Position numbers and translations under genes: made by a program
The notes under the pieces: model-generated
What the model saw: only the letters and a program-made list of their open reading frames with translations
Database searches by the model: none
Told to the model about the DNA's origin: nothing
In this document: positions 9,417 through 18,526 of the stretch, piece by piece
Layout of the letters: each line of letters starts with the position of its first letter
Numbering within the stretch: the first letter of the stretch is position 1
Source of the DNA: Spirochaetota bacterium
Lineage (GTDB): Bacteria; Spirochaetota; B62-G9; DRHN01
DNA: 57,129 nt
NCBI GenBank assembly: GCA_020342115.1
Contig: CP070841.1
Span: forward strand, 681,331-738,459
Direction of reading: 5' to 3'

Positions 9417-10862
9417 CTACTCTATGGGACCGAACCCCATCTTTCCAGGATTCATTATGTTATGTGGATCGAGTGATTTTTTTAATCCTTCAAGCACACA
9501 GAAAGCAGGACCGTATTGCTCTCTCATCAGCCTCGCAAGTTTCAGCCCGACACCATGATGCTCATTGAGCACACCACCGCATGCTATAGATGTTCGCACA
9601 GCCACATTCCATATCTCGTTGTGGAGGGACAGTGCTTCTTCAGGATCCTGAGGAGGATTCTTAACAATAAACCTGTCATACAGCATAACCCCCCACGCAT
9701 ACCAGTGGGAGAGGTGCGCAAAGTACTCTAGCTCCCACTCCCTGTAACGCTCCTCCAGAGTTTGCTTTTTCGTCCAATAGAGATTTTCTATCTTATCGAA
9801 CGTGCATAAGGTATCCATAGTACCGAACATCAATGGAAAGTCCAGTGCATGTGGTGGAAAAAAGAAGTTGTATCGGTGCCGCCACCACTCCCAGGCAATA
9901 TCATCACTCAGCTCTTTGGCTCCAAATCCACTGCATATCCCGACAGAGGTCTTCTCTTTTATATCAATGAGTTGTTTTTTTTCATCAAATCCAAGGACCA
10001 TGTATGAGCCCTGTTCTACAGAAATACCAAGAATCTTTTTGATCCTTTTGGCAGTCTCAGGTTCGTCGTAGAGCCTGATTACACTCGGGTTGAGTCGTTC
10101 GAGCATAATTGTTTTCCCGGCTTCCAATCCTTCTTTTAGAGAGCCAAAAAGAAACGCCCTGAACCTGCGTTCTTCAGGTATCTTCTCTATTTTCAGGGTT
10201 GCTTCTGTAATGATCCCGTAAGATCCCTCTGCACCGACAAAAAGGTCGAGTATACCGGGCCCTGCTGCATGGTTCGGCAGCGGAAGGGTCCTGATTATCT
10301 CACCCATCGGAAGCACAACCTCCAGGGAGAGCACAATATCCTCTATCTTGCCGTACTTTGTTGACAGAACCCCGGAACCACGGCATGCAATATATCCACC
10401 AAGAGTTGCCGAATGAAGCGATGCAGGTATATGAGCGAGAGTATACCCCTCATTGTTGAGGGCACTCTCAAGTTCATACCCGTTTATTCCTGCAAGCACA
10501 GTAACTGTCTGCGCCTCATGGTTGATCTCGACAATACGATTCAACCTCTTGAGATCGATTGTGATACCCCCATATACCGGCATTATACCCCCCTGGCTTC
10601 CGGAGCCTCCCCCCCATGGTATAATTGGGATACGATATACATTGGCAATTCGCACCACTTTAGCTATCTGCTCGGCATCTTTTGGGAGCACAACGAAATC
10701 AGGAAGAGGAGGCACAAGACCTCGATCTATCCACATACGAGGTATCCACATATAGTCAACCCCGTATATGATGCGGTCGGCCTCTTCAGTGAGGACCCAA
10801 TCTCTCCCCACCGCATCAATGAGCTCACTTTCGATCATACGGCGCTGTAGCTGATGTTGCAT
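9417..10862 (-). CDS. FAD-linked oxidase (GlcD family)
   Basis: 481 aa. PWGGGSGSQGG FAD-binding block, C-terminal HHGVG and NPGK. Confidence 0.8.
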   Translation of the reverse strand: MQHQLQRRMIESELIDAVGRDWVLTEEADRIIYGVDYMWIPRMWIDRGLVPPLPDFVVLPKDAEQIAKVVRIANVYRIPIIPWGGGSGSQGGIMPVYGGITIDLKRLNRIVEINHEAQTVTVLAGINGYELESALNNEGYTLAHIPASLHSATLGGYIACRGSGVLSTKYGKIEDIVLSLEVVLPMGEIIRTLPLPNHAAGPGILDLFVGAEGSYGIITEATLKIEKIPEERRFRAFLFGSLKEGLEAGKTIMLERLNPSVIRLYDEPETAKRIKKILGISVEQGSYMVLGFDEKKQLIDIKEKTSVGICSGFGAKELSDDIAWEWWRHRYNFFFPPHALDFPLMFGTMDTLCTFDKIENLYWTKKQTLEERYREWELEYFAHLSHWYAWGVMLYDRFIVKNPPQDPEEALSLHNEIWNVAVRTSIACGGVLNEHHGVGLKLARLMREQYGPAFCVLEGLKKSLDPHNIMNPGKMGFGPIE

Positions 10863-10879
10863 CAGATTAAACCTCCTCT

Positions 10880-12397
10880 TTATACGACTGAAAATCTTGA
10901 AAGCTTGTGATAAATATCCTTAAGAAGTCCTGTTGACTTCCTATAACTGGCAAATATTTCTCTATAACGAGCACTGTTTTCCTTGCTGTGCACAATCGTT
11001 TCAGTGTCTCCTTTAACACATTTCTGTGCTTCTTCAACCGATTTAAAAACCTTTATTCCCACACCGGCGAGCATTGCCGCACCTATTGACGGGTCTGTTG
11101 CTCTTGGTTTGACTCCATCCATACCGAGAACATCAGCCACTATTGTCAGCCACAGTTTACTCTGAGTGCCGCCGCCTATGAATCTCACCGGCTCGTGAGC
11201 ATCTATTTTCCTCTCTTTGAGATAGGTATAACTGTCGAGCAGCGAGAATGCCGTGCCCTCCATCACTGCCCTTATGAGATGCGCCCTCCCATGGTGCAGG
11301 CTTAGACCGATGAAATCTCCTCTGAGATCCGGATCGTTATAAGGTGAACCCTCACCCTGCAGGTATGGGTGGAATATTAGCCCTTCACACCCAACCGTTA
11401 CCCCATTCGCCTCTTTCTCCATGATTTGAAAAACGTCTCTGCTGTCACTTATATCACGGCAAAACTGGTCTCTGAACCAGCGCAGAGACGATGCAAAGGA
11501 TCTTGTGCCGGTACCGGGATACCAGAGTCCATCTTTAATGTATGAATAGGTGATGAGTTTCTCATCAGCAACCGGCCTGTCACTGAGAACACATATACGC
11601 CCGAATGTCGCGAGCTTCACAGTGCAGTCACCCGGCTTGCTCACTCCGCTCGCTATGAGCTCCAGGAGTGTGTCGGTGGTTCCACAGATAACTTTTGTGC
11701 CTGCCTTCAATCCGGACCATCGCTCTCCCTCAGCAGTGACCTCTCCCACGACCTCTGTTGGATGAACAGTTTCCGGAAGCATCCCTGGTTGTAGAGAAAT
11801 CAAAGCAAGGAGGCTTTCATCCCATCGACTCTCATACACATTGTATAGCAGTGTCCCCTGTGCATCTATGGTATCCGTTACAGTCGATCCCGTTAATCGA
11901 AGACGAACATAATCTTTTGGAAAGATTATACTCTGTATCCTGCTCCAGTTCTCTGGTTCATTATCTTTCACCCAGCTAAGCATGGAGATCGTCCACATTA
12001 CATCAACTGCGTTCCCGCATTTTTTGAGAAAAATATCTCTGGCACTTTCCCTTAATCTTGCAGCCTGACTGTACGATCTTGCATCTGTAAGATGTATTGT
12101 CCTTCGTATAGGTCTTTTGGCTTTATCAAGAAGCACCGGTGAGTGCGTGACTCCTCCAATCCCCACAGCATGAACATCTGAGGGTGAAACTTCACACTCA
12201 TTCAGAAGCTTCTTTATGAGAACTCCAGCGCTTTTCACCCAGTCATTCGCGTCCTGTTCTGCCCAGCCTCCATGAGGGTAATGAGTCTGATACTCGAGTG
12301 CCTTTTTGCTGGTTTGTCCTGAATCGGCATCAAGGAGGGAAACCTTGCACCCTCCGGAACCGATATCAATGCCGAGCAGGTAACGTTTCATCATCAA
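10880..12397 (-). CDS. FGGY-family carbohydrate kinase
   Basis: LGIDIGSGGCK N-terminal phosphate loop and GGGTQSKLWLTIVADVLG C-terminal block. ATGA overlap with the upstream gene. Confidence 0.85.
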   Translation of the reverse strand: MMMKRYLLGIDIGSGGCKVSLLDADSGQTSKKALEYQTHYPHGGWAEQDANDWVKSAGVLIKKLLNECEVSPSDVHAVGIGGVTHSPVLLDKAKRPIRRTIHLTDARSYSQAARLRESARDIFLKKCGNAVDVMWTISMLSWVKDNEPENWSRIQSIIFPKDYVRLRLTGSTVTDTIDAQGTLLYNVYESRWDESLLALISLQPGMLPETVHPTEVVGEVTAEGERWSGLKAGTKVICGTTDTLLELIASGVSKPGDCTVKLATFGRICVLSDRPVADEKLITYSYIKDGLWYPGTGTRSFASSLRWFRDQFCRDISDSRDVFQIMEKEANGVTVGCEGLIFHPYLQGEGSPYNDPDLRGDFIGLSLHHGRAHLIRAVMEGTAFSLLDSYTYLKERKIDAHEPVRFIGGGTQSKLWLTIVADVLGMDGVKPRATDPSIGAAMLAGVGIKVFKSVEEAQKCVKGDTETIVHSKENSARYREIFASYRKSTGLLKDIYHKLSRFSVV

Positions 12398-13227
12398 TAC
12401 ATATCTGCCTTTAGCTCTGGTTTTACCCTTGGAAATTCATCGGGCTTATAGGTCTTTTTTAAATATTCAATGAGCCTGACAACCACATCCACAGCAGAGT
12501 TAATTATCGCCTCTCCCTTCTCCGCTTTTGCCTTTCTCGGGTCCCCTGGAGCACCTGTCTTCATCACATTCTCCTGAGGAACGAAGGTTATCGACTCTAT
12601 GGGAAAGGAGTTTATGAGCTCTGAGTGGACAGCAGGCCGCACAAAGCTCTTGTCTATATACGGCTTGAGTGAATAATCGGGCTCAGCCTTTGACATATCT
12701 ACAAGCTCCGGATAGAGCGCGAGGCTCACTGAGGTTTCCACCTCATCGGCGTGCTTAAAGGGGGTTTCACACACTTCCTTTATTGTTTCACATGCAAGCT
12801 CCCACCATGTAGCAACAGCCATAAAACAGTCTACATCGAGGGCAATCTCCTGAAGCGCTGTCTGCAATGTCCACCACTGTCCGTGTGCCTGCATGATGAC
12901 GATCTTCTTGAATCCGCTGTTAACGATCCCCTTTACCACATCTCGCACAAGCTCGATCTGAACCGTTGCCCGTATCGGTATTGTGCCAACAAAGCCGTAG
13001 TGGAAATAGGGGTGGCTCCCGTACGTCATCGTTGGCGCCACAATGACCCCTGTTTTTTCTGATACAAGCTTCGAAAGTTCATATGCATTGAAAGTATCGA
13101 CACCGCATGGGCAGTGAAAACCGTGCTGCTCCGTTGATCCTATCGGAAGAATAGCTATCCCCGTCTCTTCGGATGCCTTCTTGACCTCAGGCCATGTTAT
13201 ATCATGCCATATCAATGGTTTCCCCAT
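12394..13227 (-). CDS. creatininase-family amidohydrolase
   Basis: LPIGSTEQHGFH metal-binding block. I prefer the ATG at 13227 (GAGGAGG 5 nt upstream) over the ORF-track start at 13263, which overlaps the upstream gene. Confidence 0.75.
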   Translation of the reverse strand: MGKPLIWHDITWPEVKKASEETGIAILPIGSTEQHGFHCPCGVDTFNAYELSKLVSEKTGVIVAPTMTYGSHPYFHYGFVGTIPIRATVQIELVRDVVKGIVNSGFKKIVIMQAHGQWWTLQTALQEIALDVDCFMAVATWWELACETIKEVCETPFKHADEVETSVSLALYPELVDMSKAEPDYSLKPYIDKSFVRPAVHSELINSFPIESITFVPQENVMKTGAPGDPRKAKAEKGEAIINSAVDVVVRLIEYLKKTYKPDEFPRVKPELKADMY

Positions 13228-13237
13228 TATATCCTCC

Positions 13238-13564
13238 TCACATCTTATCAAAATCAACCACAAGGTCTCTGATCACCCTTCCGCCCTTGACAGGCTCGAG
13301 TGTTATCTCAGAATCGATCTTGAGAGGGGTAGCGCAACTTCGCACAGACTGGCCGTTGAGCTTCACTATACAGGTAGAGCACATTCCCTTATAGCACTTG
13401 AAAGTCCTGTATGCAAGGGTCCCGTCATAATCCCTGTGTATGATGGACAGAAGCTCGTGCACAGTCACCTCCCGATCAACTGGGATTTCATAGTTCTTGT
13501 AGTACGGTTCTTTATCTTTATCAGGATTGAACCTGTATATCTTTGCCTTTATTACACCATTCAT
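13238..13564 (-). CDS. SdhB/FrdB N-terminal-domain-like [2Fe-2S] ferredoxin (stand-alone, about 108 aa)
   Basis: KIYRFNPDKD opening and CYKGMCSTC-x11-C spacing, as in the SdhB 2Fe-2S domain. No 4Fe-4S/3Fe-4S half. Start is ATG 13564 or GTG 13567 after AGGAGG. Confidence 0.7.
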   Translation of the reverse strand: MNGVIKAKIYRFNPDKDKEPYYKNYEIPVDREVTVHELLSIIHRDYDGTLAYRTFKCYKGMCSTCIVKLNGQSVRSCATPLKIDSEITLEPVKGGRVIRDLVVDFDKM

Positions 13565-13588
13565 CACCAAAACCTCCTGTTTTAGATT

Positions 13589-15307
13589 TTATTTATCTTC
13601 TGGCTTGAGCCGTGTATAAATCACATCACGCTTTGAATAAGCTGCCTGGTGATCGCCCTTCTTGACAACAATCGTATGGCACCGCCAGTTGCTGTTATCC
13701 GTTTCGGGAAAATCCGTGCGATTATGATGACCACGCGATTCTTCCCTGAAAAGGGCCGATCCAATGGTAACTTCTGCAGCATCCAGTGCAAGAAGCGACT
13801 CCACTGCTTCCCTAAGCTCCAGGTTGTACCGCCCAATATCCGGTATCGAGATCTTCTTGATCTCATCTCTCAGCGAAGAGATGATACCGAGTCCCTGCTT
13901 GAGTCCTTTACCATCCCTGAAAGGAGCAACGTATTTGTCCATTGCCTTAAGAATTTCTTCCTTGAGAAAAATCGGCCTCTGTGTGCTCTTTTTATCCGAC
14001 AGAAAGCTTTGAATAATGTCCATTTGATCTTTTACGTTTTTCTTGTCCGGCGGTAATAGGTCCAGCTTCTTTGCATCATCTGCTGCGCATCCGCCGACCT
14101 GAGCTCCCATTGTCTGTGTATCGCAGAGTGCGCTCCCTGCAAGACGGTTTGCACCCTGAAAGTTGCCTGCACATTCTCCACATGCATAGAATCCAGGAAG
14201 ATTCGACTCTCCGCGCTCATTTATGTACACTCCTCCGCATTGGTAGTGAGAAGCAGGTGCGACTTCGAGTGGCACCTTTGCGAGGTCGATACCTGCAGCA
14301 TCTATAAGAAAGTGATAATGTTTTGGTGTCATGGTATCGAACACATCCCTTACTGCAGCTTCACCTTTCGGGGACTTCGTGGTGTCGAAAAACACACCTC
14401 CATGCTCGGTTCCTCGTCCTTCCCGAATAACATTAAAGATTATCTTGATGGCTTCATCTCTGATTGGGAGTGGTTTATCGATTATAGAAGTTCCGTTCCT
14501 GTCGGTGATCTCTCCATTCGCAAACTCCTCTATCATAAGCTCATAGAGCACCACGGTTCCTCGAACACTTGGCGGCCATATTACATCGGTTCCGTAGTAC
14601 TGGTTGAACTCGAGATCAACGAGCTCTGCTCCTGCTCTGTACGCCATTGCAACACCGTCACCCGTAAGTGTTGGCGGATTATCACTGAATCCCCAGAGTG
14701 ATGTGTAGCCGCCTGTAGCAAGCACCGTTGCCTTTGCATTGATAGTCAACACATCACCGCTTAGCATATCCAGACCCATGATCCCGACAACTCTTCCATC
14801 ATTCAGGAGCAGACTGAATGCAAAGAAATCCTTGAAAACCTCGATGCTATCGTGCCTCGAGACCTCTTCCGCCAGTACAGTAGACATGTGCTGACCGTTC
14901 TCATACATGAAGGTCGATCTTGGATAGGTTTGTCCCGGCATCGGTGTTTGATAGAATCTCCCGTCATCGTACTTCTTAAACTTGACACCGTAACGCTCCA
15001 TGTCCAGAATCCTGTCGCATGCTGTAAATGCAACAATTTCTGTGATGTTCTGGTCACCTATGAATCTCCCTGCACGCACCATGTCCTCGAAGAACTGCTC
15101 TGGAGAGTCTCTTTCATCCCTTCCCCGAGGACCGAAAGGCGCCTGGATACTCCAGAGGGCACAGGGAGTTGCTCCTGACCGACCGGGCCTCCCCTTATCG
15201 ACCATGATACAGTTCATTCCGCGTTCCGAAGCTTCGATGGCAGCCCTGCATGCAGCACCGCCACCACCTATCACCACAACGTCTGTAACAAAGTTTTTAA
15301 CATCCAT
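13589..15307 (-). CDS. succinate dehydrogenase/fumarate reductase-family FAD flavoprotein
   Basis: VVVIGGGGAACRAA dinucleotide fold, plus HYQCGGV, GANRLAGSAL and ESRGHHNRTDFPE blocks. The position of the covalent-FAD His reads GRSGATP, so no His. Confidence 0.8.
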   Translation of the reverse strand: MDVKNFVTDVVVIGGGGAACRAAIEASERGMNCIMVDKGRPGRSGATPCALWSIQAPFGPRGRDERDSPEQFFEDMVRAGRFIGDQNITEIVAFTACDRILDMERYGVKFKKYDDGRFYQTPMPGQTYPRSTFMYENGQHMSTVLAEEVSRHDSIEVFKDFFAFSLLLNDGRVVGIMGLDMLSGDVLTINAKATVLATGGYTSLWGFSDNPPTLTGDGVAMAYRAGAELVDLEFNQYYGTDVIWPPSVRGTVVLYELMIEEFANGEITDRNGTSIIDKPLPIRDEAIKIIFNVIREGRGTEHGGVFFDTTKSPKGEAAVRDVFDTMTPKHYHFLIDAAGIDLAKVPLEVAPASHYQCGGVYINERGESNLPGFYACGECAGNFQGANRLAGSALCDTQTMGAQVGGCAADDAKKLDLLPPDKKNVKDQMDIIQSFLSDKKSTQRPIFLKEEILKAMDKYVAPFRDGKGLKQGLGIISSLRDEIKKISIPDIGRYNLELREAVESLLALDAAEVTIGSALFREESRGHHNRTDFPETDNSNWRCHTIVVKKGDHQAAYSKRDVIYTRLKPEDK

Positions 15308-15347
15308 AGTAATTCCCCCCTCTTATATGAGAAATGTCCGCAGGATA

Positions 15348-16121
15348 CTAATGCACAACCATAACATTGCTCAATTGCCTGATTTCCTGCAGAAGTTCTT
15401 TATTGATCTCAGAGTCTGATATGACCCTGGTACATTGACTTATGTGCCCTATATTCAGCATGGCTGCTTTGAAAAATTTACTGCTGTCAGCGAGAAGATT
15501 TATCTCACCACATCTCGCCAGGACAGTTTTGAGTATTTCCAAGAGCTCAGCATTGGATGTGGTAATGTTCCACTCGGATGAAACACCAGCAGCGCTTATG
15601 AATGCAGCATCAATGTTGATATTCTCGATAAAATCACAGACCCATCTTCCTGCAAGCATATTGAAGTTCTGCCTGAGCTCGCCCCCTGTTGAAATCACCC
15701 TCCTGTTTGGATGTCCGAGAGCTTCCTGCTGTATCGCAGGAGAATTGGTAATGATGCTGAGGTCCAGGTAGTGTTTCTTTAACAGCGCCTGGGCAAATAT
15801 ATAGCAGGTCGTTGAGGAATCGATGAATACCGTTGTGTGATCCTTCACAAACTGAATGCTTTTATTCGCAATCTCGAGCTTCCTTTCATAATTCTGCTGC
15901 AATCTTTTTGTAAAAAGTGTCTCAATACCTTTAGGATTTTCCCTGTTGAGCTTAACACCTCCGTGGACCTTATGGACAAGCCCTCGCTGATGGAGAAGGC
16001 TAATATCTCTCTGAACCGTTATCCTCGATACACCGAGGGATTTTACGAGCCCATCTATAGGATAGATATCTCTACCAGATAGCTCTGTGAGAATCCTGTT
16101 TCTTCTTTCCTCTGGTATCAT
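15348..16121 (-). CDS. DeoR-family transcriptional regulator
   Basis: N-terminal HTH LGVSRITVQRDISLL plus a DeoR C-terminal sugar-phosphate sensor-like domain. First gene of the minus-strand array. Confidence 0.85.
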   Translation of the reverse strand: MIPEERRNRILTELSGRDIYPIDGLVKSLGVSRITVQRDISLLHQRGLVHKVHGGVKLNRENPKGIETLFTKRLQQNYERKLEIANKSIQFVKDHTTVFIDSSTTCYIFAQALLKKHYLDLSIITNSPAIQQEALGHPNRRVISTGGELRQNFNMLAGRWVCDFIENINIDAAFISAAGVSSEWNITTSNAELLEILKTVLARCGEINLLADSSKFFKAAMLNIGHISQCTRVISDSEINKELLQEIRQLSNVMVVH

Positions 16122-16171
16122 GATAATCAGTGTATTTTAATGATAATTTTTGATGTATTTTTGATATTATT

Positions 16172-16738
16172 TTGAATATTTTATATCCAATATATAGTAA
16201 TGTCAAGGTTTTTTGTAAGAAAAACAATTTCATCCGACTCTTCTTCATTTTAACTTTTAAAAAAATAGGCTGGATTAAATGGGCACTATGGGGTCCCTGG
16301 ATCGGTCTTCTTATTTATATTGTTATCCGAGCAGGCGGCTACAGAGCACTACAACCACTCAATCTAATGGAGAATGGTATTTCTGTCTCCGATCCATCAA
16401 ATTACGTCATGTTCTTTCTCGTATTGTTAGTGTTTGTTTTGCTGGCCTTTGCTGTTGGCAGGAGAGCGTTCTGCCACACCATGTGCTGGATAGCTCCTTT
16501 CATGATTCTTGGAAGAAAGCTTCGTAACACTCTCAGGTGGCCTTCATTGAGACTTAAGTCTGTGAAAGAAAATTGCATAAGCTGTAAAAAGTGCACAAAA
16601 AGCTGCCCCATGAGCCTTGATGTCAACGGTATGGTTCAAAAAGAGGCAATGGAAAACAGGGAGTGCATCTTGTGCGGAACCTGTGTCGATGTATGCCCGG
16701 AAGATGTGATCGCATACTCATTCAGCAGCGGGAAATAA
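16172..16738 (+). CDS. membrane-bound polyferredoxin-type 4Fe-4S protein (NapH/MauN-like)
   Basis: RRAFCHTMCWIAPF, CISCKKCTKSCP and CILCGTCVDVCPEDV. The TTG start is only 50 bp from the divergent deoR gene. The N-terminus may be truncated or mis-set. Confidence 0.6.
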   Translation: MNILYPIYSNVKVFCKKNNFIRLFFILTFKKIGWIKWALWGPWIGLLIYIVIRAGGYRALQPLNLMENGISVSDPSNYVMFFLVLLVFVLLAFAVGRRAFCHTMCWIAPFMILGRKLRNTLRWPSLRLKSVKENCISCKKCTKSCPMSLDVNGMVQKEAMENRECILCGTCVDVCPEDVIAYSFSSGK

Positions 16739-16786
16739 ATTCATGCGATAGTGGCCGCCGGCAGTGTAAAGATTACAGCTGATATA

Positions 16787-16818
16787 TAAAATGTGCAGAC
16801 CTGACCCCTCCTAATCTA
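16787..16818 (+). repeat. dispersed repeat copy A (TAAAATGTGCAGACCTGACCCCTCCTAATCTA)
   Basis: Near-identical to 21852-21885. The core AAATGTGCAGACCTGACCCC recurs at 48958-48977 and, inverted, at 22441-22461. Confidence 0.85.
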
Positions 16819-17050
16819 ATAAATACTGGTGCGAATTTATTGCAGATTATTTATTTTTCAATTTACTTATTATTTTTATAATGCTATAAATGTAATTTAT
16901 TAAATAAAAAATATATTGCTACTATAAAACTTGATAAAAATATTTGTAAATTGATTGATGTTTACTGGTGGTATAAAAACCACTACTAAAGGCTGGCCAA
17001 TTATATATATAGATTCCAAGTTCTGCTTGATAGAAAAAGGAGGTAAGACA

Positions 17051-18466
17051 ATGAAATTTCGTCTTTTTCTGTTTCTGGTGGTAGTTTTACCGGTTGCCAT
17101 GGCAGGACATGCCGACGAGATCACCCTTGAGGAGTATCTCACACTGGTCAGGACGAATCACCCGTTTTTTACGAAGGAAAAACTTGCGGTTGATATCGAG
17201 AAGAAGGAATCCCAAAGCCTTCTCGGTGCAGAAGACTGGATTCTGAACATCACACCCTCTTACAGCTTTGTAGGGGAGGCAAGTGCTTCTGAGTATGGGG
17301 CTCAAACAAAGGTTCACCGCGTGGGAATCGATGCAAGTATAAACCGTTCTCTCTGGTCCACAGGCGGGAAGCTCGGTTTTTCCTTTACATCAAGCTACAC
17401 AAACAGTGACCCTCTGATAGGGCCTTATGACAGGTTCAAGCACGGCTTTGGCGCGAGTTATACTCAACCCCTCTTGCAGAACCTTGGAGGCACACTAGAC
17501 CGCATAGGATACGAGCTGGGTGATTACACGATTGCGCTTACAGAGGTACAATCAATCGAAAACATGGAAGGATTCCTGCTCGATACGGCATTAGTGTTTC
17601 TCGACTGGGTATACTATTCAGAGGTGATTGAGATTGCCAAGCAAAGACTGTCACTTGCACAGGAGCAGTTGCAGAATACCGAAAAGCGGTTCAAATCTAA
17701 CCTTATAGACAGGGTGGATGTCCTGAGAGCCGAGGATGCCGTCCGGATCTCTGAAAAGACAATCATCCAGCTAGAAACTCAGTGGAAGGCAAAACAGGCC
17801 GAGCTTGCCGTGCTCGCGAAAACGGATACAATCTACGGTAAAGTTCCCTCATACGATCTTTATAAGATGGTACCTGTGCCGGATACTGAAGAGGTCTCAT
17901 CTCAGCTGAAGTCACGATCACGGCTGTTGCAGACCCTTTCAATACTTCAAGAGCAGCTGGTTCATCAGCGGGAAGGTCTTGTGGAACAACGCCGTCCGCA
18001 GCTCGATCTGATGGTTGCCGGAGGCCTCTACGGCAGCGATGAAGAGTTCGTCGAATCCCTCGGGATATATAAACCCGAGGCGTCCATCTCACTTGTTTTC
18101 ACCACCAACCTCGAGAACCGTACAATAGATGCCCAGATTGAAAAGCTCGATCTAAAGGTGAATCAGATTGAGGAAGATATTATGAACGTGGAAACGAGTC
18201 TCGAAGCATCGATGGTCAACATCCTTATACAGATCTTCGAGATGGAGAAGGTGCTTGCGCTTAACCAGGCCCAGATACTATCAGCAGAGGAAAAAACGAA
18301 AGAGGAGCTGAGACTGTATAACCAGGGAAGAAACCAACTCGCTTTCGTAATACAGAGCAGGGACAACGAGGAAAACGCAAAAATGGAGTATATCGAAAAC
18401 TCAGTATTGTACCAGGGTCTGATTCTCCAATACCGAGCCCTCCTCGATGAGCTTTATTTAAAGTGA
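17051..18466 (+). CDS. TolC-family outer membrane efflux protein
   Basis: Signal peptide MKFRLFLFLVVVLPVAMAG after AAGGAGG. Two OEP-like coiled repeats. The ORF-track start 16955 is rejected. Confidence 0.8.
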   Translation: MKFRLFLFLVVVLPVAMAGHADEITLEEYLTLVRTNHPFFTKEKLAVDIEKKESQSLLGAEDWILNITPSYSFVGEASASEYGAQTKVHRVGIDASINRSLWSTGGKLGFSFTSSYTNSDPLIGPYDRFKHGFGASYTQPLLQNLGGTLDRIGYELGDYTIALTEVQSIENMEGFLLDTALVFLDWVYYSEVIEIAKQRLSLAQEQLQNTEKRFKSNLIDRVDVLRAEDAVRISEKTIIQLETQWKAKQAELAVLAKTDTIYGKVPSYDLYKMVPVPDTEEVSSQLKSRSRLLQTLSILQEQLVHQREGLVEQRRPQLDLMVAGGLYGSDEEFVESLGIYKPEASISLVFTTNLENRTIDAQIEKLDLKVNQIEEDIMNVETSLEASMVNILIQIFEMEKVLALNQAQILSAEEKTKEELRLYNQGRNQLAFVIQSRDNEENAKMEYIENSVLYQGLILQYRALLDELYLK

Positions 18467-18526
18467 TTCGTAAAGAATCCATCTGGTGTAAAATGTGTTC
18501 CTTTTAAATAAAGGAGGATCCTTATC

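Noticed and set aside
13228-13263. ORF-track start of the creatininase-family gene, which overlaps the ferredoxin gene by 26 nt. A similar extension occurs at 33188-33211 for the ThrC-like gene.
   Set aside because: The downstream ATGs (13227 with GAGGAGG upstream, and 33187 forming an ATGA overlap) give standard coupling geometry. The extensions add non-conserved residues.
16955-17050. 32-codon N-terminal extension of the TolC-like ORF.
   Set aside because: The internal ATG at 17051 has an AAGGAGG site 7 nt upstream and begins a canonical signal peptide. The extension lies in AT-rich promoter-like sequence.
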